Origin: an uncultured Latescibacterota bacterium
Lineage (GTDB): Bacteria > Latescibacterota > UBA2968
Length of the DNA: 64,000 nucleotides
NCBI GenBank assembly: GCA_951812755.1
Contig: OX638329.1
Coordinates: forward strand, 5,355,563 to 5,419,562
Direction of reading: 5' to 3'
The notes beneath the pieces were generated by a model. It saw only the letters and a list, made by a program, of their open reading frames with translations, was not told the DNA's origin and did no database searches. Made by a program: the position numbers and the translations under genes. Shown piece by piece: positions 1 to 10,808 of the stretch (position 1 is its first letter; each line of letters begins with the position of its first letter).

Positions 1-48
1 TGTGGTTGCTAACTCTGGGTTTAATACTTTACGTTTGACCGCGCTTTT

Positions 49-76
49 GTACGGGCGAAAAATCTTTCGCCCCTAT
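49..76. repeat. REP-like palindrome (GTAcGGGCGAAA-AATC-TTTCGCCCCTA)
   Basis: Short GC-rich inverted repeat with a GTAG-like 5' end. Confidence 0.45.
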
Positions 77-148
77 CATTTTTCACCCCTGCACGCGGGC
101 ATTGTGAAAAGACTTTGTATTTTGTATTTTGACTCTGCCGATCGTTTT

Positions 149-176
149 TAATTCCTAATTCTTAATTCCTAATTCT
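149..176. repeat. Tandem heptamer (TAATTCY)x4
   Basis: taattcc taattct taattcc taattct just upstream of the sulfatase RBS. Confidence 0.8.
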
Positions 177-195
177 TTTCACAAGGAGTTCCCGA

Positions 196-1764
196 ATGCC
201 AGAGCGACCAAATATTTTGCTGATTATGAACGACGATATGGGCTATTCTGATATTGGATGTTACGGAGGTGAAATCCACACGCCAAATTTAGATCGACTT
301 GCTGCCAATGGGTTGCGACTCACGCAATTTTACAACACGGCGCGGTGCTGCCCCACGCGGGCATCGCTGCTCACGGGATTGCATCCCCATCAAGCCAGTG
401 TGGGACACATGATGGATGACCGGGAATACGAAGGATATCGGGGCGATCTAAACTTCAGGAGCGCAACCATTGCCGAAGTGCTCAAAACTGTGGGATATGC
501 GACCTATATGAGCGGCAAATGGCATATCACGCGGCATACAGATGCGGATGGTCCCAAACACAGTTGGCCCTGTCAGCGCGGATTTGATCGCTTTTTTGGC
601 ATCATTACCGGTGCCGCCAATTTTTGGAAGCCGCAAACACTCACGCGGGACAACGAGCAAATTACAGTGGATGAATTTCCAGAGGATTTCTTTTTGACCG
701 ACGCCATCAGCGATCAGGCAGCGGATTATATCCGCGAACACGCGCAGGCAAATGGAGATCAGCCATTCTTTTTATACACCGCATATACCGCACCCCATTG
801 GCCCTTGCACGCGCATGATGAAGATATTGTAAAATACAAAGATCGTTTTGCCGCGGGATGGGATCAACTGCGCGAAGAGCGTTTGGCCCGCATGCGCGAA
901 ATGGGCATATTGAAACCCGAATGGGGATTGAGCGACCGCGATCCCTCTCAAGTGCCCTGGGAAGAAGCCGATCACAAGGCGTGGCAGCAGCGGCGCATGG
1001 AAGTTTATGCCGCGCAGGTTGACCGCATGGACCAGGGAATTGGGCGCATCGTCCAATCCCTCGAAGAGACCGGGCAACTGGACAACACCCTGATCGTATT
1101 TTTGGCCGACAATGGGGGATGCGCCGAAGAACTGGGAGGCGGCATGCGACGCAGCGCGATTGCCCCGGCCACCACGCGCGATGGTCGCCCAGTCCAACGC
1201 GGCAACGACCCAAACATAATGCCGGGAGACGAAACCACGTATCAAAGCTACGGCGTACCCTGGGCTAACGTATCCAACACCCCATTTCGCCTGTACAAGC
1301 ACTGGGTTCACGAAGGCGGCATTGCAACGCCCTTTATCGTACACTGGCCCGATCGCGTAACAGACGGCGGCGCATTGCGCGAGCAACCCGGCCAGCTCAC
1401 CGATGTCATGGCAACCTGCCTCGATATAGCGGGCGCCGAATATCCCGAGACCTATAATGGACACGAGATTTTACCACTCGAAGGCACGTCGCTGACGCCG
1501 ATCTTTGACAACCGGGACAACGGCAAAGAATATCTAATCTGGGAACACGAAGGCAATGGCGCTGTTCGCAAAGGCAAGTGGAAACTCGTAAAGCGCTACC
1601 CGGGCGATTGGGAACTATACGATATTGAAGCCGACAGATCGGAACTCGACAATCTGGCAAATGAAAATCCCGATGTCGTATCCGAACTCGCGGCAATTTA
1701 CGACGCCTGGGCAGAGCGTTGTGGGATTGAGCCCTGGGATAATATCCTCGCAAAGCGTGGATAA
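196..1764 (+). CDS. Arylsulfatase (Cys-type)
   Basis: PNILLIMNDDMG, CCPTRASLLTG formylglycine motif, GKWH; RBS AAGGAG. Confidence 0.95.
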   Translation: MPERPNILLIMNDDMGYSDIGCYGGEIHTPNLDRLAANGLRLTQFYNTARCCPTRASLLTGLHPHQASVGHMMDDREYEGYRGDLNFRSATIAEVLKTVGYATYMSGKWHITRHTDADGPKHSWPCQRGFDRFFGIITGAANFWKPQTLTRDNEQITVDEFPEDFFLTDAISDQAADYIREHAQANGDQPFFLYTAYTAPHWPLHAHDEDIVKYKDRFAAGWDQLREERLARMREMGILKPEWGLSDRDPSQVPWEEADHKAWQQRRMEVYAAQVDRMDQGIGRIVQSLEETGQLDNTLIVFLADNGGCAEELGGGMRRSAIAPATTRDGRPVQRGNDPNIMPGDETTYQSYGVPWANVSNTPFRLYKHWVHEGGIATPFIVHWPDRVTDGGALREQPGQLTDVMATCLDIAGAEYPETYNGHEILPLEGTSLTPIFDNRDNGKEYLIWEHEGNGAVRKGKWKLVKRYPGDWELYDIEADRSELDNLANENPDVVSELAAIYDAWAERCGIEPWDNILAKRG

Positions 1765-1781
1765 GTAAAAAGGAAAAAACC

Positions 1782-2537
1782 ATGACACCAACAGATATCA
1801 CAGATGAAATGCTGGCAACATACCGGCGCGATGGCGTCATAAAAATCCCGCAAATTATCTCGCCGGATGAAGTGGCGAAATTCCGTCAAGCATCCCTGGA
1901 TATACTCGAAGCCATGCCAAAAGATCCAAACCGGCCATTTAATCAAAAAGTGAATGTGTGGCGAGAAGACGAGATATTGAGAGAATTGACACAGCATCCA
2001 AATGTCGCCGCAGTCGCAGAGAAAATTGCGGGTGTGCGATTGCGGATCTGGCACGATCACATCCTGGCAAAAATGCCAGAGCTCGAAGTGCCGACAGCAT
2101 TCCATCAAGACCTCGTAAAATGGCCATATAGTCGCAATTCCAATGCCCTATCGGCGTGGGTCGCATTGCAGGATACACCCGTAGAAATGGGATGCATGTC
2201 ATTCGTGCAGGGATCGCACGAAATGAAAAATGTACCGGACATGGCGACAAATAACCAGGAGGGATGGCGGGAATTCGCACCAGAAATCGCGTGGCGCACC
2301 CGCGTAACACATCCGCTTCAAGCGGGGGATTGTACATTTCACCACGGCATGACATTTCACACCGCGGGACCAAATAAAACCGATGATTGGCGGGTGGGAT
2401 ACGTGATTATTTTTGTCGATGCAACAGCGAAATACACCGGAAAAAAGCATGTGGTGACAGATCCCCTGAGTATAGCCCCCAACACATTGCCGCCAGATGA
2501 TTATTTTCCACCCGTAGCGCGATTTTATGGAGACTAA
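1782..2537 (+). CDS. PhyH-family Fe(II)/2OG dioxygenase
   Basis: HQD motif, SAWVAL, GSH, GDCTFHHGMTFH, downstream Arg. Confidence 0.9.
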   Translation: MTPTDITDEMLATYRRDGVIKIPQIISPDEVAKFRQASLDILEAMPKDPNRPFNQKVNVWREDEILRELTQHPNVAAVAEKIAGVRLRIWHDHILAKMPELEVPTAFHQDLVKWPYSRNSNALSAWVALQDTPVEMGCMSFVQGSHEMKNVPDMATNNQEGWREFAPEIAWRTRVTHPLQAGDCTFHHGMTFHTAGPNKTDDWRVGYVIIFVDATAKYTGKKHVVTDPLSIAPNTLPPDDYFPPVARFYGD

Positions 2538-2540
2538 AAA

Positions 2541-3947
2541 ATGAGCACCCCCAATATAATTTTAATGATGTGTGACGACCTGGGATATGGCGATGTGGGA
2601 TTTAACGGGAATGAAGTGATCAAAACCCCAAATTTGGACCGCTTGGCGAACAATGGGATCCGGTTCACGCGATTTTATGCAGGAGGACCCGTGTGTTCCC
2701 CAACGCGAGGGACGTGTTTGACTGGACGGCATTATTTTCGATATGGCGTAACACATGCCAATCGCGGACACTTGCCCGCACAGGAAATAACACTGGCGCG
2801 AATGTTAAAATCCTTCGGCTATGCGACTGGACACTTTGGCAAATGGCATCTGGGAACACTGGACCCGAATTATTCGGGCAAGGCCAATCGCAATCCAGCG
2901 CGCAACTACGCCCCGCCGTGGGAGCGGGATTACGATGCATCTTTTGCCACGGAGTACGCGGTTCCCACCTGGGATCCGGTAGTAGATATTAACCAGAGAA
3001 CCGGAGAGCGACTGGACCGCCCCTGGGCCTCGCCCTATTACGAAAATGGAAAACTGGCAACGGAAAATCTGGAAGGATGCGACTCCCGGGTATTGATGGA
3101 TCGCGCAATTCCATTTATCGAACAGACTGTTGAAAATGGCGAGCAGTTCCTTACGACAATCTGGTTTCACGCACCGCATAGCCCGGTCGTTGCGGGACCG
3201 GAATATCGGGCAATGTACGCCGAGTACAGCGAGGATGAACAGCACTACTACGGCTGTATTACCGCTATAGACGATCAGGTGGGGCGATTATACCAAACCC
3301 TCGAAACACTGGGCGTAGCCGACAACACCATGATCTGGTTCTGTTCGGATAACGGCCCTGAAGGTCGCACAGGTCAAGACGGCCGCAACCGGGGATCAAC
3401 AGGCGGCTTGCGCGGGCGAAAACGATCTCTATTTGACGGCGGCGTGGGCGTACCCGCGTTATTGCACTGGCCGGGTCATGCAGAACCCGGGCGCACAGTG
3501 AAAATGCCGTGCAGTACACTGGATTACTTCCCGACAATCGCCGAGGTCATGGGATATGAAATGCCCGATGATCGCCCCATTGACGGAATTAGCCTAATAC
3601 CGACGATTGAGGGAAAAATGACAGAACGCCCCGCCCCCATTCCGTATCGGTTCAACAGTCCCAAAAACGCGATGTTTGGCGCCCCGACCATATCAATGAT
3701 CGACAATCGCTATAAATGCTTGACCAACCTATCGCGCGACGGCAGCGAAGATCTGTGTTTTGATATGATTGAAGACCGCGCAGAAACGACCAATTTGGCA
3801 AATGATCAACGAGAACGCATGGGACAAACTCGCGAGACCCTGCGCCAATGGCTCCGCTCCTGCGAAGCCAGCCACAACGGTGGGGATTACGACGAGGCAT
3901 TTGAACCGGTCGCGCCATTTGAAGAAGTCACCGGAGACTGGCGCTAA
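2541..3947 (+). CDS. Sulfatase (Cys-type)
   Basis: DDLGYGD, CSPTRGTCLTG, GKWH, SDNG. Confidence 0.95.
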   Translation: MSTPNIILMMCDDLGYGDVGFNGNEVIKTPNLDRLANNGIRFTRFYAGGPVCSPTRGTCLTGRHYFRYGVTHANRGHLPAQEITLARMLKSFGYATGHFGKWHLGTLDPNYSGKANRNPARNYAPPWERDYDASFATEYAVPTWDPVVDINQRTGERLDRPWASPYYENGKLATENLEGCDSRVLMDRAIPFIEQTVENGEQFLTTIWFHAPHSPVVAGPEYRAMYAEYSEDEQHYYGCITAIDDQVGRLYQTLETLGVADNTMIWFCSDNGPEGRTGQDGRNRGSTGGLRGRKRSLFDGGVGVPALLHWPGHAEPGRTVKMPCSTLDYFPTIAEVMGYEMPDDRPIDGISLIPTIEGKMTERPAPIPYRFNSPKNAMFGAPTISMIDNRYKCLTNLSRDGSEDLCFDMIEDRAETTNLANDQRERMGQTRETLRQWLRSCEASHNGGDYDEAFEPVAPFEEVTGDWR

Positions 3948-3974
3948 AGAGAAAATAGAAATTAGAGGTACCGA

Positions 3975-5213
3975 ATGGCAACTCAATTTGGCGATGAACG
4001 CGATTGGTTTTTGGAAAAACGACTTGGTCTATTCGTCCATTGGGGAATTTACGCAATCCCCGGATGGCAAGAACAGCACCAGTGGCGCGGACGTATGCCC
4101 GCAAATGAATACGTGAAATTAGCCGAGCAATGGAATCCCACAAACTTCAACCCCGACGCGTGGTTAGATCTCGCAGAAGAAGCCGGGATGCAATACATCA
4201 TCGTCACAACCAAACACCACGATGGATTTTGCTTGTGGGACACATCACATACGGCATTCAACACAATGAATACGCCATATGGAAAAGACCTGATGGCAAT
4301 GCTCGCCGATGCCTGTCACAAACGCAACTTCCCCCTGGGCTTTTATTATTCAATTGCCGACTGGCACCACCCCAATTATCCCAATCAGGGACGACATCAC
4401 GAACTGCCCCAACCCAAGCCGGGAGATGATCCCGACTTGATGAAATATCTGGATTTTCTAAAGGCGCAAGTATGGGAATTGTGTACCCATTACGGAAAAT
4501 TGCACGCATTCTGGTGGGATATGAACGTGGATGAACACTTCGACCCATCCGTCAACGCGATGATTCGGTCACTACAACCCGCGGCAGTAATCAACAATCG
4601 GGGATTTGACCCCGGTGATTTTGGCACGCCCGAGCGCGATCATGTGCAAGGCATAGATACCCAACAGTCATTTGATCGGCTGACAGAAGCGTGTCAATCT
4701 GTCGGATTCGAAAGCTGGGGCTATCGGATAGATGAGGATTATTATACAGATCGCCATTTGATACGGAGCATCGATCGATATCTCGCGCGCGACGCAAACT
4801 ATTTGCTCAACGTAGGTCCCAAATCCGACGGCACAATTCCAGACGCATCCAGAGACATTTTGAAGCGCATTGGAAAATGGTATCACGCCATAGAAGAAGC
4901 GGTCAAAGACGTAGAACCGTCGTCGCACCTGACGCGCAATCGCGATATATTATTGACGCGCCGGGACAATGTGATCTACGTACATCTGGTAAACGATCCG
5001 CGAACAAGTGGCGTAAAACTCGACCCAATTGACGCCGCGCCAAAAAGTGCAACCTTACTAAACACAGGTGAACCTGTGGATTTCACCGTAGATCTGGTAC
5101 CGACCAATCACATAGAGCACAAACCCTATTTGCGATTACAGAACTTACCAGTAAATGAACTGGTCAACACGGTAATGGTGGTAAAACTCGAATTTGATGA
5201 AGTAATTGAATAA
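3975..5213 (+). CDS. Alpha-L-fucosidase (GH29)
   Basis: GLFVHWG, TTKHHDGFCLWD, WWD nucleophile, LLNVGP. Confidence 0.9.
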   Translation: MATQFGDERDWFLEKRLGLFVHWGIYAIPGWQEQHQWRGRMPANEYVKLAEQWNPTNFNPDAWLDLAEEAGMQYIIVTTKHHDGFCLWDTSHTAFNTMNTPYGKDLMAMLADACHKRNFPLGFYYSIADWHHPNYPNQGRHHELPQPKPGDDPDLMKYLDFLKAQVWELCTHYGKLHAFWWDMNVDEHFDPSVNAMIRSLQPAAVINNRGFDPGDFGTPERDHVQGIDTQQSFDRLTEACQSVGFESWGYRIDEDYYTDRHLIRSIDRYLARDANYLLNVGPKSDGTIPDASRDILKRIGKWYHAIEEAVKDVEPSSHLTRNRDILLTRRDNVIYVHLVNDPRTSGVKLDPIDAAPKSATLLNTGEPVDFTVDLVPTNHIEHKPYLRLQNLPVNELVNTVMVVKLEFDEVIE

Positions 5214-5278
5214 AGTGCAAGGTGGGATGACTTAGGGTGTATTGTATTGCTGGCGAGCAAGGACTTGATATAACTCAG

Positions 5279-5422
5279 TACTATTTCAAATAAGTCTCGT
5301 GTCTAAACCCACTGGACTCCGGCTTCCGCCGGAGTGACGAACGACAGTTGTCATTGCGGCAGGGGGTTAGCCGCAATCCAGTCTATCGAAAAAACATATC
5401 AACAAATTTTTTTGACAGACCA
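5279..5422. mobile_element. MITE family A, copy 1 (144 bp)
   Basis: Inverted copy at 20687-20829; imperfect terminal inverted repeats; flanking CTCAG at 5274-5278 and 5423-5427. Confidence 0.75.
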
Positions 5423-5455
5423 CTCAGAACTTCCTTGCAACATGTATCAAAACAG

Positions 5456-6478
5456 CTACTCATTCATTGTCTCCAACAGTCGGGCTATTTCCTGCGGTGA
5501 CGGCAACTGTCCTTCGAGTTCTTTTGGCAACTGCCTGCTGACACGGTAGGTTGCCACGCCAATGGGCTTTCGGGCATCGTGCAGAGCGTATTCGACCACG
5601 GTGCGGTTCTTTTCCTTACACAGGATGATACCGATGGATGGACCTTCACTCTCTTCGCGCACCTGTCGGTCGAGAGCAGTCAGGTAAAACTGCATTTTTC
5701 CCACGAACTCCGGTCGAAATTTTCCAACCTTCAGTTCAATTGCCACCAGGCAACGCAGGCGACGGTGGAACAAAAGCAAGTCAATAAAGAACTCCTCACC
5801 ACCTACCTCCAGCCGAAACTGGCTTCCCATGAAGGCAAACATCCCACCCATGGCACGCAGAAAGTCCTCAACACGGGCAATGAGAGCCGTTTCCAGTTCT
5901 CTTTCGCTGTGTTCATCGCCTAATCCGAGGAAGTCAAAAGTATATTCGTCTCGCACCGCCAGTTCAGCCTGTGCGCGGAGTTTTGGCGTCAGGGCCTGAT
6001 CGAAGTTAGTCTGTCCCAACAAGGACTTTTCATAACTCTGGTTCTCAATTTGATGTATAAGAACATTCTTCGTCCAGCCGAACTTGCGGGTCATGCGAAT
6101 ATAAAATTCCCGCTCCAGCGGATCCTTGCAGCGTCCCATTATGATCAAGTTCTTGGCCCAACTGATTTCTCCAACCAGCGGTTGGAGTTTTACATTTTCG
6201 TGGTATTCCAGAAAGAACTGCCGCATATACCACAGGTTCTGGGCAGAGTAACCCTGCATACCGGGAAACTCAGCCTGTAGGTCCGCGGCAAGTTGCTGTA
6301 CCACTGACTTTCCCCAACCTTCAACCTTTTGCCGCTCTGCGATCATCCGACCTATGTCCCAGTACAGACCGACCAATTCCTTATTCACTGCTTTGAGTGC
6401 CGCATATCGGGCAGCACGGACGCGCTCCTTTACTTCCGCAAGAAGACCTGCGTAATCTGGTGGTACATTTTTACTCAT
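5456..6478 (-). CDS. YhcG/DUF1016 PD-(D/E)XK nuclease family protein
   Basis: LYWDIGRMI, GWGKSVV, EYTFDFL, FIDLLLFHRRLRCLVAIELK; start moved to MSKNV behind a GAGGAG RBS. Confidence 0.92.
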   Translation of the reverse strand: MSKNVPPDYAGLLAEVKERVRAARYAALKAVNKELVGLYWDIGRMIAERQKVEGWGKSVVQQLAADLQAEFPGMQGYSAQNLWYMRQFFLEYHENVKLQPLVGEISWAKNLIIMGRCKDPLEREFYIRMTRKFGWTKNVLIHQIENQSYEKSLLGQTNFDQALTPKLRAQAELAVRDEYTFDFLGLGDEHSERELETALIARVEDFLRAMGGMFAFMGSQFRLEVGGEEFFIDLLLFHRRLRCLVAIELKVGKFRPEFVGKMQFYLTALDRQVREESEGPSIGIILCKEKNRTVVEYALHDARKPIGVATYRVSRQLPKELEGQLPSPQEIARLLETMNE

Positions 6479-6746
6479 TGGCACTCTCCTCAATGTTATC
6501 GACATTTAATTTTTCTTGCTGAAACACGCCTACAACTGTTAGATTACTGCTGCCCAAATATCCAATGGTTAACCACAGACTACGATCAAAACAAAATATA
6601 ACATTTTGCGTGAAGAGGATGGCATAAATACAACTTGACGATCACTATATTTTCTTTGAAATGCGAGTCGGTACAATCTCATCGGCGTTTTTTGTACCCA
6701 GAAATATAAAACAATTTTGGAAAATAAAAATTGTGAAAGATCCCAA

Positions 6747-6791
6747 ATGGCAACTTGATTTAGAAATGAACGCGATTGGTTTTTGAAAAAA
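6747..6791 (+). pseudogene. Degenerate copy of the first 15 codons of the GH29 fucosidase
   Basis: 39/45 nt identical to 3975-4019, in-frame TGA at codon 4; upstream sequence also similar. Confidence 0.65.
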
Positions 6792-6809
6792 AGCGTGATG
6801 GAGTGAAAC

Positions 6810-7769
6810 ATGATGACTATTAGATCAATAGTTCTATATAAAGCCTTTGAAAAGGCGAGGAGTTCGGCTAGCGCATCTGTCCAAACTCTCCTGGAACACA
6901 AGCACCTCTACCAGAGTGTTGAGGTGAACATTTCCGTGGACCGTGAAGAGGTCAAAAATTTGGTAGATATGGGTGACGAGTATGCTACTGAGGATCTCCT
7001 ATTTGTCGTTCCGAGAGGTCAGTATGATAAATACATTGATGCCGGATTGGACCACAGCCGCGAGACCTTAGAAGCGGTACCATGGCGTTTTTGGATTGAC
7101 CAGCCGGATCCAGGCGACATCAACTCTGCTTCACTGGAGTACAAATTTCTCGACATTCAGCTTCCCTATATCAAGGTTGCGTGTGATTTCTGCGACGACA
7201 CAGTTCAACCTCACAATCCTGTCCAAGTAAACGGACTGAAAGATGGGGTAGCCGCTGAATTGGGATCCCAGAAACAACTCTTTTTCTTTTCTTATCTGTG
7301 CCAGTCCTGCAAACGTGAAAGTGTGATTTACGTCGTAAGACGGGAAGGAAAGAGACTGACGATTGTAGGTAGAAGCCGCTTCGAATCTGTACCTATACCA
7401 AAAGCGATGAAGAAACTACCGGAGGCCCGACGATTCTATCGGAATGCGATAATCGCTTTCAACACTGGAAGAACCTTAGCATCACTGTTTTACCTGAGGA
7501 CCCTGATAGAGCAGTACTTCCGACGTGTTATCGCAGTGGATAATGACGAGAGAATTAGTGGAGAGGATCTTGCGAAGAGCTATCGGAAGCTACTGGATAA
7601 AGAATTCCCCATGAAATTTGACACTCTGGGAAACACCTACGACTCCTTGAGCGATGCCTTGCACGCAGCATGTGATGATGAGGAACTATACACCAGCGCA
7701 AGGGCCAACATCGAAAAACATTTTGAAGCCCTTGCTCGTCTCCCCATTTCACAGGCGGCTGGAGCGTGA
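6810..7769 (+). CDS. Hypothetical protein with CxxC/CxxC zinc ribbon and DUF4145/HEPN-like C-terminus
   Basis: CDFC...CQSC; ASLFYLRTLIE and SDALH resemble DUF4145. Confidence 0.55.
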   Translation: MMTIRSIVLYKAFEKARSSASASVQTLLEHKHLYQSVEVNISVDREEVKNLVDMGDEYATEDLLFVVPRGQYDKYIDAGLDHSRETLEAVPWRFWIDQPDPGDINSASLEYKFLDIQLPYIKVACDFCDDTVQPHNPVQVNGLKDGVAAELGSQKQLFFFSYLCQSCKRESVIYVVRREGKRLTIVGRSRFESVPIPKAMKKLPEARRFYRNAIIAFNTGRTLASLFYLRTLIEQYFRRVIAVDNDERISGEDLAKSYRKLLDKEFPMKFDTLGNTYDSLSDALHAACDDEELYTSARANIEKHFEALARLPISQAAGA

Positions 7770-7798
7770 GTAGATGTCTGATACCTTCGGAGAAAATC

Positions 7799-8524
7799 AT
7801 GTTTGGAGAAATCCGAAATAAAAACGGCGAAAAACTGGATTATGCTTTTCACTGTGGAAATGCCGAAAGCAAACACATCGTCGTCCTGGGCCACGGCGTA
7901 ACCGGCAATAAAGACAGGCCATTTTTGGTCGCGCTATCACAGGCATTGGAAGCCGAAGGAATCAACGTCCTGCGATTTTCTTTCGCAGGTAATGGAGATT
8001 CAGAAGGTCGGTTTGAGGATGCTACAATAACAAAAGAAGTAGATGATCTGGGTTCAGTCCTGGATGCCATAAACGGATATACAATCTGTTATGCCGGACA
8101 CAGCATGGGAGGTGCCGTAGGCGTATTGCGGGCGAGCACAGATGCGCGCATTCAGCATCTCATCTCTCTGGCAGGCATGGTAGATACAAAGGGATTTGCA
8201 CAGCGCGAATTTGGAGATGTCACCCCCGACAAAGGCAACATGTGGGATGACCCGGATTGCCCGCTATCCAGCGCGTATATGGACGACTTAACGGCCATTG
8301 ACACCGTCGTAGATCGCGCATCTCAAATCTCGGTCCCCTATTTGCTCGTACACGGCACAGAGGACGATGTAGTACCCATTGAAGACTCCCAGGCAATATT
8401 CGAGCAAGCCAACGGACCAAAAGAACTGGTCGTCCTGAACGGGGCAGATCACGTATTCAGCGATGACGCAACACCCGCCATGATACAGGCCGTTATAGAT
8501 TGGATTGCAAAACAGGAAAGCTAA
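7799..8524 (+). CDS. Alpha/beta hydrolase
   Basis: HG, GHSMGG, HGTEDDVV, DH catalytic motifs; start MFGEI after GGAG. Confidence 0.9.
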   Translation: MFGEIRNKNGEKLDYAFHCGNAESKHIVVLGHGVTGNKDRPFLVALSQALEAEGINVLRFSFAGNGDSEGRFEDATITKEVDDLGSVLDAINGYTICYAGHSMGGAVGVLRASTDARIQHLISLAGMVDTKGFAQREFGDVTPDKGNMWDDPDCPLSSAYMDDLTAIDTVVDRASQISVPYLLVHGTEDDVVPIEDSQAIFEQANGPKELVVLNGADHVFSDDATPAMIQAVIDWIAKQES

Positions 8525-9561
8525 TGCCTCCAAAAACATACCGAGCCGCGGTAATTGGTCTGGGAATGATCGGCGGAGCTGATCAAGTCTCAGGAGATAT
8601 ATTGGGTCAGCGCGTGGACAGTATGGATGGCACGCATACTTTTGCGTATCAGAACCATCCGCGTATCGACCTCGTAGCCGGTGCAAGCCGCGACCAGGGG
8701 CGGCGCGAGCGCTATGAAGCGCGCACGGGTGCTGTAACTTATGAGAGTTGGCGTGAAATGATCGCCAACAAAACACTCGATATTATCAGCATAGCGACCT
8801 ACACCCCTACCCACGCGGAAATTGCCATAGCCTGTGCCGAGCACGGAATTCCCGTCATCTATTGCGAAAAACCCGCGGCAACCACGGTTATAGATGCCCA
8901 GCGCATGCTCGAAGCGCAAAAACACGGGTTATTGGTCTTTAACCACCAGCGAAGATTTGATCCCAATTACCACCGGCTTAGCGCACTAATTGCCGAAGGA
9001 AAACTCGGCACACTTATTTCCGCCTCTCTCCAATGGCCGACGGGACGATTGGGCAATGTGGGAACCCATGCAATCGACGCGCTCTTAATGCTCACCGGGC
9101 ATCGCGTTCAATCGGTCTCTGCAACCCTTGACCTGGCGGGAAAGCCAGATTGCCGCGGCGAGGCATTTCACGATCCCGGGGGATGGGGCGTCATGCGTAT
9201 GGACGGAGGACTAATGGTCACAGTGAGCGCACCCGATTATTCCACAGCACCGCCGCGCACGGAAATTAACGGACATAAGGGACGGGCAATTATTGAGGCA
9301 AAAGGCATCACACTCGAATACTGGACAGGAGAAACAGAACAGTGGCCACCTCATAAGGATAGCGTTTCAGGGATGGACCGCGCCGTATCGGAAATCGTCG
9401 CCTATCTCGATGATCGCGTCCCATTCTCTTATAACCCCGAAGAAGCCGTTCATACACTCGAAGCCATTGTCGCTTTCCACGCCTCTCACAAACAAAACGC
9501 AGCCTATATTGACCTACCCCTGTCAGGAAGCGACCGCGAGATTGTCGTACTAAGCGGATAA
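8524..9561 (+). CDS. Gfo/Idh/MocA oxidoreductase
   Basis: VIGLGMIG, CEKP, GTHAID; ATG overlaps the upstream TAA. Confidence 0.9.
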   Translation: MPPKTYRAAVIGLGMIGGADQVSGDILGQRVDSMDGTHTFAYQNHPRIDLVAGASRDQGRRERYEARTGAVTYESWREMIANKTLDIISIATYTPTHAEIAIACAEHGIPVIYCEKPAATTVIDAQRMLEAQKHGLLVFNHQRRFDPNYHRLSALIAEGKLGTLISASLQWPTGRLGNVGTHAIDALLMLTGHRVQSVSATLDLAGKPDCRGEAFHDPGGWGVMRMDGGLMVTVSAPDYSTAPPRTEINGHKGRAIIEAKGITLEYWTGETEQWPPHKDSVSGMDRAVSEIVAYLDDRVPFSYNPEEAVHTLEAIVAFHASHKQNAAYIDLPLSGSDREIVVLSG

Positions 9562-9573
9562 TGAAAGGAATAT

Positions 9574-10755
9574 ATGCCGACCATTGGAACACCGCTTTCA
9601 CCCACTGCAAATAGAGTACTCATGTGTGGCTCTGGCGAATTGGGAAAAGAAGTTGTAATTGAACTCCAGCGCTATGGCGTTGAAGTAATTGCCGTAGATC
9701 GCTATGCCAATGCGCCCGCGATGCAAGTAGCGCATTGGTCGCATGTCATTACCATGCTGGATGGGGACGCCCTGCGCGAAGTCATAGAAAAAGAACAGCC
9801 CGACTTAATCGTACCCGAAATTGAAGCAATCGCCACAGACACACTCATCGAATTGGAAAGCGAAGGATTCACAGTAATCCCAACAGCCCGAGCAACCCGA
9901 CTGACAATGAACCGCGAAGGCATCCGTCGCCTGGCTGCCGAAGAACTGGGACTAAAAACATCACCTTACCGATTTGCCTCAAATTTAGAAGAATACCGCG
10001 CAGCAGTCCAAGAAATCGGCATGCCGTGTGTCATAAAACCTACCATGAGTTCATCGGGCAAAGGGCAAAGCACCGTAAAAAACATAGCCGATGCCGAAAA
10101 ATCGTGGACCTATGCACAGGAAGGTGCGCGCGGGGGTGCAGATGCGGTCATCGTGGAAGGATTTGTGGATTTTGATTATGAAATTACGCTATTGACCCTG
10201 CGCTATGAAGGAGGCACGAGTTTTTGCGCGCCAATAGGACATCGACAGGTAGATGGTGACTATCGCGAATCGTGGCAACCACAACCGATGAGCGAGGCCG
10301 CACTTGCAGAATCACAACGGATGGGCAAAGCCATCACCGACGCATTGGGCGGCCGCGGCATATTTGGAGTGGAATTATTTGTCAAAGGCGACGACATCTA
10401 CTTCAGCGAAGTATCACCTCGCCCACATGACACGGGCATGGTAACCATGATATCGCAAGACCTCTCCGAATTTGCCCTGCATGCGCGGGCAATTTTGGGA
10501 TTGCCTGTTCCAAACATCAAACACCACGGTCCCTCTGCCTCGCATGTGATCCTGGTAGAAGGACATTCGCAACAGGTGAAATTCGGCAACCTGAGCGCAG
10601 CACTCGCCGCACCCGATACAGAAATTCGCTTATTTGGCAAACCCGAAGTACAGGGAGAACGGCGAATGGGCGTCGTCCTTGCAAGGGGCGCGACACTGCA
10701 AGAAGCGCGTAAAAAGGCAAAAGCGGGAGCGGAAGCCGTTAGCATCGCGCTTTGA
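9574..10755 (+). CDS. purT: Formate-dependent phosphoribosylglycinamide formyltransferase
   Basis: [35 protein letters not shown]. Confidence 0.97.
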   Translation: MPTIGTPLSPTANRVLMCGSGELGKEVVIELQRYGVEVIAVDRYANAPAMQVAHWSHVITMLDGDALREVIEKEQPDLIVPEIEAIATDTLIELESEGFTVIPTARATRLTMNREGIRRLAAEELGLKTSPYRFASNLEEYRAAVQEIGMPCVIKPTMSSSGKGQSTVKNIADAEKSWTYAQEGARGGADAVIVEGFVDFDYEITLLTLRYEGGTSFCAPIGHRQVDGDYRESWQPQPMSEAALAESQRMGKAITDALGGRGIFGVELFVKGDDIYFSEVSPRPHDTGMVTMISQDLSEFALHARAILGLPVPNIKHHGPSASHVILVEGHSQQVKFGNLSAALAAPDTEIRLFGKPEVQGERRMGVVLARGATLQEARKKAKAGAEAVSIAL

Positions 10756-10774
10756 GAAATCTCTTGTGGTATGT

Positions 10775-10806
10775 AAAATTGCCGCGCTTATCGCGCGGCA
10801 GTTTTT
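10775..10806. terminator. Bidirectional intrinsic terminator
   Basis: TGCCGCGC/GCGCGGCA stem flanked by A and T tracts between convergent genes. Confidence 0.75.
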
Positions 10807-10808
10807 GT

